Assembly: GCA_044344255.1 (NCBI GenBank)
Contig: JBIJDH010000003.1
Location: 128,001 to 192,000, forward strand
Direction: 5' to 3'
DNA: 64,000 nucleotides
Source: Myxococcota bacterium
GTDB lineage: Bacteria > Myxococcota_A > UBA796 > UBA2385
Part shown: positions 37,116-46,200 of the stretch, piece by piece
Position numbering within the stretch: position 1 is the first letter of the stretch
How the letters are laid out: each line of letters starts with the position of its first letter
Program-made: the position numbers and the translations under genes
Notes under the pieces: generated by a model
Told to the model about the DNA's origin: nothing
Database searches by the model: none
Seen by the model: the letters and a program-made list of their open reading frames with translations, nothing else

Positions 37116-37619
37116 TCAGGGCGCCGCGGTGGCGACGATCGCGGCCAGGGAAGACTCGTCGAGGGTCCCGTGGACCGCCTTCACCACGCCGCCGTCGGGG
37201 CCGATGATCACCGTGGTGGGCAACACCGAGACGTCGTAGGCCCGCACGGCGGCCGAGTTGGCCATGGCGACCGGCCACGTGATGCCGAAGCGTTTCGCGG
37301 CCTGCGCGACCTCGGGGGCCTCGCCGGAGTCTACCGCGACGCCGAGCATGGCCACGTCCGGATGGCTCGTGTGGAAGCGAGCGAAGTCGGGGATCTCCCG
37401 CTTGCAGGGGCCGCACCAGGAGGCCCAGAAGTTGAGCACCAGCGTCTGACCCTTGAAGGAGTCGAGCTCCACGGTGGCCCCGTCGAGCTGCTGGAGGCTG
37501 AATTCCGGGGCCTTGGGACCGAGGTCTGGGCCTCCGCCGCTGCGCCAGCCGCTGACCAGCAAGAAGACGGCGACGGCGATGAGGAGGGCGATGGCCCAGT
37601 CGGTGATCATTCGGCGCAT
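37116..37619 (-). CDS. TlpA/ResA-like thiol-disulfide oxidoreductase
   Basis: N-terminal TM helix, APEFSL, NFWASWCGPC and VLPTT. Confidence 0.92.
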   Translation of the reverse strand: MRRMITDWAIALLIAVAVFLLVSGWRSGGGPDLGPKAPEFSLQQLDGATVELDSFKGQTLVLNFWASWCGPCKREIPDFARFHTSHPDVAMLGVAVDSGEAPEVAQAAKRFGITWPVAMANSAAVRAYDVSVLPTTVIIGPDGGVVKAVHGTLDESSLAAIVATAAP

Positions 37620-37675
37620 CTCCCCGTATGCCCGCCGGGGAGGCCTTCGGCAAGGGCCGTGTTAGGCGCGGGTCC

Positions 37676-38539
37676 ATGTTGTCGCCTCACGCTCTGCGCC
37701 ATGGGTCGCTGTCCTTGCCTGCCGCTGGCCGGCGGCGCGCCCTCGGCGGCGGCCTGAGGCTCCTCCTGGGCCCCCTGGTCGGCCTCGGGGCCGCCTGGTC
37801 TCCGCCGAGCGCCGCCCTCACCGTGCCCTCGGGCTGGACCGAGGTGGCCCCGGGGCGCGCCCTCTTGATCCCCGCCGAGCCAGGGCGCGGCGAGCTGCGC
37901 GAGCTCCGGATGAGCGGCGGCTCCGGCGAGCCGGAGGAGCTCATCCTCGGCCTCCGGGCCCTCGGCCTGCCCCCGTCGGGCTTCGGCCGAGAGGCACAGG
38001 CGGTCTCGCTCTCCTTCCCCGATCGGCTGGGGCGGGCGCGGGTGCGGCTGGAGGGGGGCGTGGCGATCTGGGTGGTCGTGCTGGCCAGCCCCGCCGCCGC
38101 CGGGAGCCTCGATCCCGACGCCGTCCTGGTCGCGGCGCTGGCCCCCACCGAGCTGGCTTGGGGCGCCGTCACCCCGCTCGCGGGCGGCGGAGACGGCAGC
38201 GTCTGGGGGGCTGGCGCCGCGCCGGCCGTCACCACCTGGGATCCCGGCTCGGCCGAGCCTTGGTCCCTCGACAGCGGGCTGGTCGGCAGCTGGTCCGGCT
38301 CGGCCCTCATCCAGGGTCGCCCGGTCACCGTCGAGCTTCGTTTCGACAGCTCGGGGAGGGCCACCCTGGTCCAGAAGACCGAGCGGATAAACGAGACCCA
38401 CTCGGGCAGCTGGTCTACCCGGCGCGGCCTCCTCCGCCTCACCGTCCCCGGCGGCGGCGAGGGGCTCACCTATGAGCTCATGGGCTCCACCCTCAGCCTC
38501 GACTACGGCGGCGGGCGTGTCGCCATGCACCGGTCGTGA
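37676..38539 (+). CDS. Hypothetical exported protein
   Basis: Signal-like hydrophobic segment. C-terminal small beta domain (LVGSWSG...GSWS). Start uncertain. Confidence 0.6.
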   Translation: MLSPHALRHGSLSLPAAGRRRALGGGLRLLLGPLVGLGAAWSPPSAALTVPSGWTEVAPGRALLIPAEPGRGELRELRMSGGSGEPEELILGLRALGLPPSGFGREAQAVSLSFPDRLGRARVRLEGGVAIWVVVLASPAAAGSLDPDAVLVAALAPTELAWGAVTPLAGGGDGSVWGAGAAPAVTTWDPGSAEPWSLDSGLVGSWSGSALIQGRPVTVELRFDSSGRATLVQKTERINETHSGSWSTRRGLLRLTVPGGGEGLTYELMGSTLSLDYGGGRVAMHRS

Positions 38540-38593
38540 GCGCCCCTTCGCCTCGTTGAGCAGCGCCCCGGAAGCGGGCAGCAGGAGGTCCGG

Positions 38594-39229
38594 ATGAGCA
38601 TCACGGAGCGGCGGAGAGAGCGGGTCCGGGAGGCCTTGGCGGCCCGGATCGGCAGCGTTGTGGTGGTCGCCGAGGCCGTCCAGCGGCGCCACAACGTGAG
38701 CGCGATCCTGCGCAGCACCGAGGCCTTCGGGCTGCATGAGGTGCACCTCGTCACCGGCGTCTTCCGGCCCAGCCGGGGGGCCTCGCGGGGCTCGGAGCGT
38801 TGGCTGGAGCTGCACCGGCACGCCGAGGTCGAGGAGGCGGTGGCGGGCCTGAAGGCGCGCGGCTTTCGGCTGTACGTGGCCGACCTCGACCAAGACGCGG
38901 TCCCCCCCGAGCGGGTGCCCGTCGATCAGCCAGTGGCGCTGCTGTTCGGCAGTGAGCTGCGCGGGGTCAGTGAGGCGGCGCGGGCCCTGGCCGACGGCTT
39001 CGTGACCGTGCCGATGCGCGGCCTCACGGAGTCCCTCAACGTATCGGTCGCCTCTGCCTGTACCCTCCAAGTGGTGGCCGAGCGGCGGCGGGCGGTGGTC
39101 GGGGGAGGCGACCTCTCCCCGGAGCGACAGGCGGCCTTCTACGCCGACTGGCTCGTGCGCGAAGAGGCCGGCGAGGAGGGCATGCGGGCCCGGGTGGGTG
39201 GGCCTCAGGCAGCGATCGACAGGGCCTGA
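38594..39229 (+). CDS. trmH: SpoU/TrmH family RNA 2'-O-methyltransferase
   Basis: HNVSAILRSTEAFG, LLFGSELRGVS and VPMRGLTESLNVSVA. Confidence 0.88.
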   Translation: MSITERRRERVREALAARIGSVVVVAEAVQRRHNVSAILRSTEAFGLHEVHLVTGVFRPSRGASRGSERWLELHRHAEVEEAVAGLKARGFRLYVADLDQDAVPPERVPVDQPVALLFGSELRGVSEAARALADGFVTVPMRGLTESLNVSVASACTLQVVAERRRAVVGGGDLSPERQAAFYADWLVREEAGEEGMRARVGGPQAAIDRA

Positions 39230-40461
39230 CGGACGAGGCCCTGCCGAGGGTCCCCGTCGGGGAGCTCAGAGATCAACCGACGGGCGATGACCGGAGTCTC
39301 TGGATCTTCCGCGTTTCTCGCTCGCAGCAGGAGGAGGTAACGGTCCTCCCAGGCCGGCTCCATGCCGCTCTTCGCGAGCTCGGCGAGCAGCTCGGCCACC
39401 CGCTCGGGGTGCACGCGGTCCTCGAGCAACAGTCGGGCCAGCAGGCGACCGGAGTGGACGTCGAAGCGCTGGTTTCCGCACTTTCCGGGGCTCGAACAGC
39501 AGCGGCTGAGGCCCCCCTCGAGGGCGTTCATGGCGCCCACGCGGTCGTCTTGGCGGAGGCGCGCCTGGGCCAGCAGGCGGTAGAGCCCGAGGTCGGTGCC
39601 CGCGCGCTTGAGCAGGGCCACGGTCGCGCGCTCGGCGGCGGGGGCGTCATCGGTGAGCAGCAGGAGCTCGGCGCGGGTGGCGGCGAGGGCGAGGTCGTCG
39701 CTCTTCGAGAGCTCGGCCTGCACGACGGTGAGGGCGTCTGCGCTCTTGCCGAGGCGGATGAGCACCTGGGCGAGCAGCACGGCGGAGTGCTGGGGGCCCA
39801 CGCGGCAGTGACCGACCAGCGCGCCGAAAGTGTGGAGATCGGCGGCGGCGAGGGCGAGCTGACCGGCCTGCAGGGCGGCGCGGGCGCGCTCGAAGCGGGC
39901 GACCGGCTCTTGCTCCACCCAGGCGCCGAGGGCCTCCCAGGCCACCCGGGGGTCGCCGTCCTCCAGCGTGAGCACGGCGCGGGCGAAGTCGGGCCCGAGG
40001 CGGATGAGGCGCTCGCGGAGGGGGTCGGGCCAGGCCTCGAGCAACATCGCGTAGCGGAGGCGCGGGTCGTCGGCGGGCAGGGACCACAAGGGATCATTGC
40101 CCTCCACGGGGGCGGCCACCGCGGCGGGCTGGGCCGTCACGAGGGCCGTCTCCTGCTTCATCTCTCGCGCCTTCCGCCGGGTGGCTCGCACCGCGGCGGG
40201 GTCTGCGCCGAAGGTCATCGCCATCTCGATGTGCTCGCGGGCCCGCTCGGGCTCGCCAGCCTCCAGCAGCACCTCCGCCTCGGCGAGGTTGAGGGCGGCG
40301 AGGCGCTGGCTGGCCTCGGCGTGCATCGCGCGGGCGGGCCCGTCCTCGAGGCCGTCCAGCTCGAGGCGCACCTCGTTCCATTGGCCCTTGGCAAAGAGGC
40401 GCTCGGCCTTCTTCAGGCGGGAGGCGGGGTCGTTGCCGAAGAGGCGCGCCAAGAAGCTCAT
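39205..40461 (-). CDS. TPR-like helical repeat protein
   Basis: Ala/Leu-rich helical repeats and a CCSSPGKCG motif. Starts immediately after the def stop. Confidence 0.75.
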   Translation of the reverse strand: MSFLARLFGNDPASRLKKAERLFAKGQWNEVRLELDGLEDGPARAMHAEASQRLAALNLAEAEVLLEAGEPERAREHIEMAMTFGADPAAVRATRRKAREMKQETALVTAQPAAVAAPVEGNDPLWSLPADDPRLRYAMLLEAWPDPLRERLIRLGPDFARAVLTLEDGDPRVAWEALGAWVEQEPVARFERARAALQAGQLALAAADLHTFGALVGHCRVGPQHSAVLLAQVLIRLGKSADALTVVQAELSKSDDLALAATRAELLLLTDDAPAAERATVALLKRAGTDLGLYRLLAQARLRQDDRVGAMNALEGGLSRCCSSPGKCGNQRFDVHSGRLLARLLLEDRVHPERVAELLAELAKSGMEPAWEDRYLLLLRARNAEDPETPVIARRLISELPDGDPRQGLVRQALSIAA

Positions 40462-41019
40462 CTACTCTTCTCCTCCTTCAGCGCCCTCGTCTCCCGGCTC
40501 GTCGTCGTCTTCTTCGGAGAGGGGACCGTACTTCCGGTGCTCTTCGAGGTAGGTGAGGGTGCGTGCCTCCACCTTGTCCACGTACAGCAGCCCGTCAAGG
40601 TGGTCGCACTCATGCTGGGCGACGATGGCCGGGAAGCCCCTCAGGCGGAGGTGCACCCGCTCTGCGCGCTCGTTCCAGGCCTTCACCTCGATGGCCGCGG
40701 GTCGGGAGACGTAGCCGCGGAGGCCGGGGACGCTGAGGCAACCCTCGAACATGCCGGCCTGCTCGTCTCCCTCGACGGTGATCTCGGGGTTGATCCAGAC
40801 CCGCATGCCCGCCTCGTCGTCGAGGCGGAGCACCACGACGCGGAGGGGCTCGTGGATCTGGGGCGCGGCGAGCCCGGCGCCATCGGCGTCCTCGACGGTG
40901 TCGAGGAGGTCTGCGATGAGGCGCTGGACGGCGACGCTGCGGATGCGCTCGCGGGGCACGGGCTCCGCGATCTGCCGGAGGATGGGGTGCCCGAGACGGG
41001 CGATCTTTCGGATGGCCAT
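40462..41019 (-). CDS. def: Peptide deformylase
   Basis: GAGLAAPQI, EGCLS and QHECDHL. Confidence 0.96.
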   Translation of the reverse strand: MAIRKIARLGHPILRQIAEPVPRERIRSVAVQRLIADLLDTVEDADGAGLAAPQIHEPLRVVVLRLDDEAGMRVWINPEITVEGDEQAGMFEGCLSVPGLRGYVSRPAAIEVKAWNERAERVHLRLRGFPAIVAQHECDHLDGLLYVDKVEARTLTYLEEHRKYGPLSEEDDDEPGDEGAEGGEE

Positions 41020-41198
41020 GGCGCGCGCATAACACCGGCCAATCGCGGCGCCCGTGCGCTTGCACCGGCTGCGCCGCACGGGTAGAGCCCGCGCTCCCTT
41101 GGTTCCTCCGAGCCCTCCCGTGCGGGTCCCGAAGGTCTCATCACCTACGCGTTCTCATCTCCCAAAAAGTAGTTCTCCCCTGAGGAGGAGCGAGCATC

Positions 41199-41456
41199 AT
41201 GGCTGACGCAGCAAACAAGTGGGCCGATAACGTCGGTGGGCAATCGGTGGTCAAGGGCAAGCGCGTGTCCTTCTTCGTGGACAAGGAGTGCATCCTGTGC
41301 TCGGTCTGCTCGGACGCCGCGCCCAACAACTTCCGCATGAGCGACGACGAAGATCACGACATCTGCTACAAGCAGCCGGACAGCGAGGAAGAGCTGAGCC
41401 AGTGTTACGAGGCGGTCGAGAACTGCCCCGTCGAGGCCATCGGCGACAACGGCTGA
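41199..41456 (+). CDS. Single-cluster 4Fe-4S/3Fe-4S ferredoxin
   Basis: CILCSVC...AP..F...CPVEAI, with a strong RBS (GAGGAGG). Confidence 0.92.
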   Translation: MADAANKWADNVGGQSVVKGKRVSFFVDKECILCSVCSDAAPNNFRMSDDEDHDICYKQPDSEEELSQCYEAVENCPVEAIGDNG

Positions 41457-41458
41457 GG

Positions 41459-41479
41459 CCGGAGGCGCGCGACCTCCGG
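41459..41479 (+). terminator. Stem-loop immediately after the ferredoxin stop (possible terminator or mRNA-stabilising hairpin)
   Basis: CCGGAGG-7nt-CCTCCGG perfect stem; no U-tract. Confidence 0.4.
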
Positions 41480-41597
41480 GGGCTGAGGCCCGAGCCTCCC
41501 CCCGGAATGCGCCCGCCTGGGGTGGTGGACGCCGGGGCCATCGGTTAGCCCGCGCCCCCTGCGGGGCCGAGGATGGCCCCCGGCTCCCGGGAGTGAC

Positions 41598-43217
41598 ATG
41601 AGCACCCATCCCTGCGTCGTCACCATCGACCACACGAGCAAGCCGCGTGTCCTCTTCAGCGGGGACCAGCTCGTTGAGGTCGACCTCCCCGTCGGCACCC
41701 GGGTCATCTACGCGAAGAAGCCGATGGCGGGGCTGCCTGATCCCGACGCTGCGGTCCGCTACGCGCTGAGCCACCCGTTGGAGAGCGCGCCGCTGTACGC
41801 GAAGCTGCGCCCCGGCATGCGCGTGACGGTGGCGATCGACGACATCTCGATGCCCTTGCCGCCGATGCGGGGGCCCGACTGTCGCCAGCGCGTGCTCGAG
41901 CCGGTCATCAAGATGCTCGATGATTACGGCGTCGACGACGTCGAGCTCATCATCGCCACGGCCTTTCACCGGCCGATGACCGGCGACGAGATCAAGCACA
42001 TCGTGGGCGAGAAGGTCTTCAAGCGCTTCTGGCCGGCCAAGCTCTACAACCACGACGCCGAGCGGCCGGGCGGTCTGACCTACCTTGGCACGACCGAGGA
42101 TGGCATCGAGGTCGAGATCAACGCCCGCGCGGCGAGCTCCGACCTCGTCATCTACGTGAACCTCACCTTCGTCTCGATGAACGGCGGCCACAAGTCGATG
42201 GGCACCGGCCTCGTGGGCTACCGCACGCTGCGCGGCCACCACACGCCGATGTCGATCCGGGACACGGGCTCCTACATGGAGCCCGCCCGCTCGGCGCTGA
42301 GCGCGAAGATGGAGCGGGTGGGCCAGCTCATCGAGAGCAAGGTCGATGTGTTCCACATCGAGACCACCGTGAACAACCGGATGTTCGACGCCCCGCTCGA
42401 CATCCTGGCCAAGAACGAAGACGAGCTGTCCGCCGCCGAGGAGAAGGGCCTGAAGGCGCTCGTCAAGACGTTGAAGCTGCTGCCCCAGCCGGCTCGCCAG
42501 GCGATCTTCGACAAGGTGCCGGCGCCCTACGAGATGATCGCGGTCTACGCGGGCAAGTGTGAGCCCGTCCACGCCGCTATCCTCGAGAAGGTGCACCAGC
42601 AGCTCCTCGTGCCGGTGCGGGGGCAGAGCGACATCGTCATCTTCCCCATCCCCTTCATCAGCCCCTACAACGTGGGCGCCTTCTTGAACCCGCTCCTCGT
42701 GAGCGTGATGGCCGAGGGCTACCTCCACAACCTGCACCGGGGCGCGCCGCTGCTCAAGAAGGGGGGCACGATGATCATCCTGCACCCCTGCACGGACAAG
42801 TTCGATCGAGACCAGCACCCCGCCTATGTGGAGTTCTTCCACAAGTTCCTCACCCAGACCCGCGACGCGATGCAGCTCCACAAGCGCTTCGAGCGGGACT
42901 TCGCGCGGGACCCGGCGTACATCCAGCTCTATCGTACGGGTCGGGCCTACCATCCCGCCCACCCCTTCTACATGTGGTACTGGGGTGAGAACGGCCGCCA
43001 GCACCGCGGGCGGGTCATCGTCGTCGGGGCGGACAACGAGTACGTACCCGGAATCCTCGGCTATGAGACGGCACGCACGATGAGCGAGGCCCTCCGCATG
43101 GCCCGAGAGACGGCGCCGGCGGATCCCTCGATCACCTGCTTCCGCATCTGCCCGCTGATGATGGCAGATGTCACCGCGGAGGAGCTGCCCGCCGCGGTCA
43201 CCCAGGTGACCCCGTGA
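41598..43217 (+). CDS. Lactate racemase (LarA/DUF2088) domain protein, ElbC-like
   Basis: ALSHPL, VTVAIDDIS, IIATAFHRPMT, YNHDA and GGHKS match the LarA N-terminal fold. Directly upstream of the elbD-like gene. Confidence 0.8.
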   Translation: MSTHPCVVTIDHTSKPRVLFSGDQLVEVDLPVGTRVIYAKKPMAGLPDPDAAVRYALSHPLESAPLYAKLRPGMRVTVAIDDISMPLPPMRGPDCRQRVLEPVIKMLDDYGVDDVELIIATAFHRPMTGDEIKHIVGEKVFKRFWPAKLYNHDAERPGGLTYLGTTEDGIEVEINARAASSDLVIYVNLTFVSMNGGHKSMGTGLVGYRTLRGHHTPMSIRDTGSYMEPARSALSAKMERVGQLIESKVDVFHIETTVNNRMFDAPLDILAKNEDELSAAEEKGLKALVKTLKLLPQPARQAIFDKVPAPYEMIAVYAGKCEPVHAAILEKVHQQLLVPVRGQSDIVIFPIPFISPYNVGAFLNPLLVSVMAEGYLHNLHRGAPLLKKGGTMIILHPCTDKFDRDQHPAYVEFFHKFLTQTRDAMQLHKRFERDFARDPAYIQLYRTGRAYHPAHPFYMWYWGENGRQHRGRVIVVGADNEYVPGILGYETARTMSEALRMARETAPADPSITCFRICPLMMADVTAEELPAAVTQVTP

Positions 43218-46200
43218 GCGGGCTCGAGCCCTCCAGCGCCGCCGGCCCCGCGCCTCGGCGCCTGCTGTCCCTCTCCGAGCAGCTCCAGGGCGCTCGGGTG
43301 TTCCTCATGGGAGGGACAGGCTTCCTCGGCAAGGTGTGGCTGAGCATGCTGCTCCACCACTTTCCGGGTGTGGAGCATGTCTACCTCGTGGTGCGAGAGC
43401 GGCGGGACAGCCGGGGTAAGCTCCGCCAGTCGAGCGAGCAGCGGTTCTGGGCCGACATCGCCAGCTCTCCCACGATGAACCCCCTGCGGGAGCTCTACCC
43501 GGGCGCCGCCTTTCAGGCCTTCCTGAAGGCGAAGGTGACCCCCCTCCACGGCGACGTGAGCGAGCCCTTCGCCGGGGTCTCGGCGGAGATGCGGGATCGC
43601 CTGCGGGGCCAGCTCACCGTCTTTGTGAACAGTGCCGGCGTCGTAGACTTCAACCCGCCCCTCGACGAGGCCCTGAACGTCAACGCCTTCGGCATGCAGA
43701 ACCTCGTCGCCCTCTGTCAGGATCTGTGCACGGAGGAGGTCAAGGTGCCCTTCATGCACACCTCCACCTGCTACGTGGCGGGAGACCGCACGGGGGAGGT
43801 GCACGAGCTGCACCCGCTCGAATACCCATTCCCCCGTGCCAATGAGCTCGACCGCTCCCACTGGGACCCCGAGCGAGAGATCGCCGAGTGTGTCGACACC
43901 ATCCAGCTCGTCCGCCATCGGGCGAATGACGCCTTTCGCCAGTCCGCCTTCCTCGATCAGGCCAAGAAGAACCTGAGCGAGAAGAAGGAGCCGACCCGCG
44001 GCTCGGCCCTCGACGAGGAGGTGGACAAGGTCAAGCGGAGGTTCATCGACAAGCAGCTCGTCGAGTGGGGCACCGAGCGGGCCAAGTTCTGGGGCTGGCA
44101 CAACATCTACACGTACACGAAGTCGATCGGCGAACAGGTGGTCTGTCGCTCCGGCCTCCCCTTCACGATCGTGCGGCCTGCGGTGATCGAGTCCTCGCTG
44201 GTCTACCCCTCTGTAGGCTGGAACGAGGGCATCAACACGAGCGCCCCGCTCATCTACATGGGCCAGATGGGCCCCACCAAGCTGCCGGCGGGGGAGGACT
44301 CCGTCCTCGACATCATCCCGGTCGACACCGTCGCTCACGGCATGTTCGCCTCCCTGGCCGAGCTGCTCGACGGCACCGCGAAGGCGGTCTATCAATACGG
44401 GACCTCCGATACGAACCCCTGTCGGGTTCGGCGACTGACGGAGCTCGTCGGCCTGTCCAACCGGAAGCGGCTCCTCGGGCCGAACGCCAAGGGAAACCCG
44501 GTCACCAATTGGCTTCAGACCCGCCTGGAGCCGGTCACCGCCGAGGCTGACGAATACTTTGCCAACGGCCCGTCCAAGTACGCCAAGCAGGTGGGGTCGG
44601 TGGCGGGCTTCCTCCGGCGCTTCGCGGAGGGGCCCGTCAAGCCGCTGGTGACGACCGCGGCGGACAGCGTCGACGCCGTGGCCCGCGGCCTCTCCGCTCA
44701 GGCCTATGTGGCCGACCAGTTCGCCCCCTTCATGGCGACCCACAATTACCGCTTCTCCTGCGCCCACACCCGCGCGGCCTGGGAGCGACTCGTCCCCGGC
44801 GAGCGGGCGATGATGCCGTGGAACCCCGACTCCATCGAGTGGCGGAACTATTTTCTCGATATTCACGTGCCGGGGCTCACGAAGCACGTCTACCCGGAGA
44901 TCGAGCAGAAGCTCAAGCGAGAGGCCAAGCCCCTCCGCCGCCATGATCACCTGCTCTCCCTCCTCGAGGAGGTGGCGGAGCAGTACGACCACGCGCCGGC
45001 CCTGCTCGAAGCCCATGAAGACGGCTTCTCCCGGATCTCCTTCCGCGAGCTTCGTGGCCGCACGGCCGCCGTGGCGGTGCGCCTCGCTGCGGCGGGCATC
45101 GGGAAGGGGGATCGGGTCATCCTGTCGGGGAAGAACCACCCCGACTGGGTGATCTGCTGGTTCGGCGTGGTGCGCCTCGGCGCCGTCGTCGTGCCGCTCG
45201 ACGTCGGCCTCAAGCCCGACGCCGCGATCGTGATCCAGCGCTCTGCCGGCGCGAAGCTGTGCCTCGTCGATGAGAAGGCCAAAAACAACTTTGCCTTCGC
45301 CCTCGACCTCCCCCAAATGAGCCTCCAGGAGGCCTCCGCCCTCGGCGCCGTGGGTCACCTCCCCGAGGTCGCGCTCAGCGGGGCCGACCTGGCGAGCATC
45401 CTCTACACCTCGGGCACCACCGGTGATCCCAAGGGCGTGATGCTCGCCCACGAGAACTTCACCTCGGAGCTCGGCAGCCTCGGTCGGCTGTTCCCCCTCT
45501 CGCCCGAGGACCGCATCCTGTCGGTCCTGCCGATGCACCACGCCTTTGAGCTCACCTGCGGCCTGCTGCTCCCTTTGTCGCAGGGGGCGCGGATCTACTA
45601 CCTCGACGAGATCAACGCGGATCGCCTGTCTTGGGGCCTCCAGGAGGGGCGGATCACCTGCATGGTGGGCGTGCCGGCCCTGTGGCAGGTGCTCGAGCGG
45701 CGCATCACGAGCCAGGTCAAGGAGCGGGGCCAGCTCTTTGAGCTCGCCTTCGACACCCTCATCGACATGAACCGCTCGCTGGGCAAGGCCACCGGCCTCG
45801 ACGCCGGGCGGCTGCTCTTCGGCTCGGTGCACAACCGCTTCGGTGGCAACATCCGGGTGCTGATCAGCGGCGGCGCTGCGCTCCCGCCCGACACCCAGAA
45901 GCTCTTCGTCGGCCTCGGGCTGCCCCTGGCGGAGGGTTACGGCCTGACCGAGGCCTCCCCGGTGCTCACCGTGGCGGTGCCGAAGCCCGGCGCCAAGGTG
46001 GGCCATGTGGGCAAGCCCATCCCCGGCGTGGAGATCCGCATCGGCCACGCCGATGACAAGGGCGTTGGCGAGGTCTTCGCCCGCGGCCCGAACGTGATGA
46101 AGGGCTACTTCGGCAACGCGGCCGCGACCGCCGCCGTCCTCGATGGGGAGGGCTGGCTGCACACCGGAGACATGGGGCGCATCGACCACGACGGCCGCCT

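Noticed and set aside
41051..41125. Inverted repeats (CCGCACGGG/CCCGTGCGG) upstream of the ferredoxin as a riboswitch
   Set aside because: A single GC-rich 9-bp stem overlapping a probable promoter, with no recognisable aptamer motifs.
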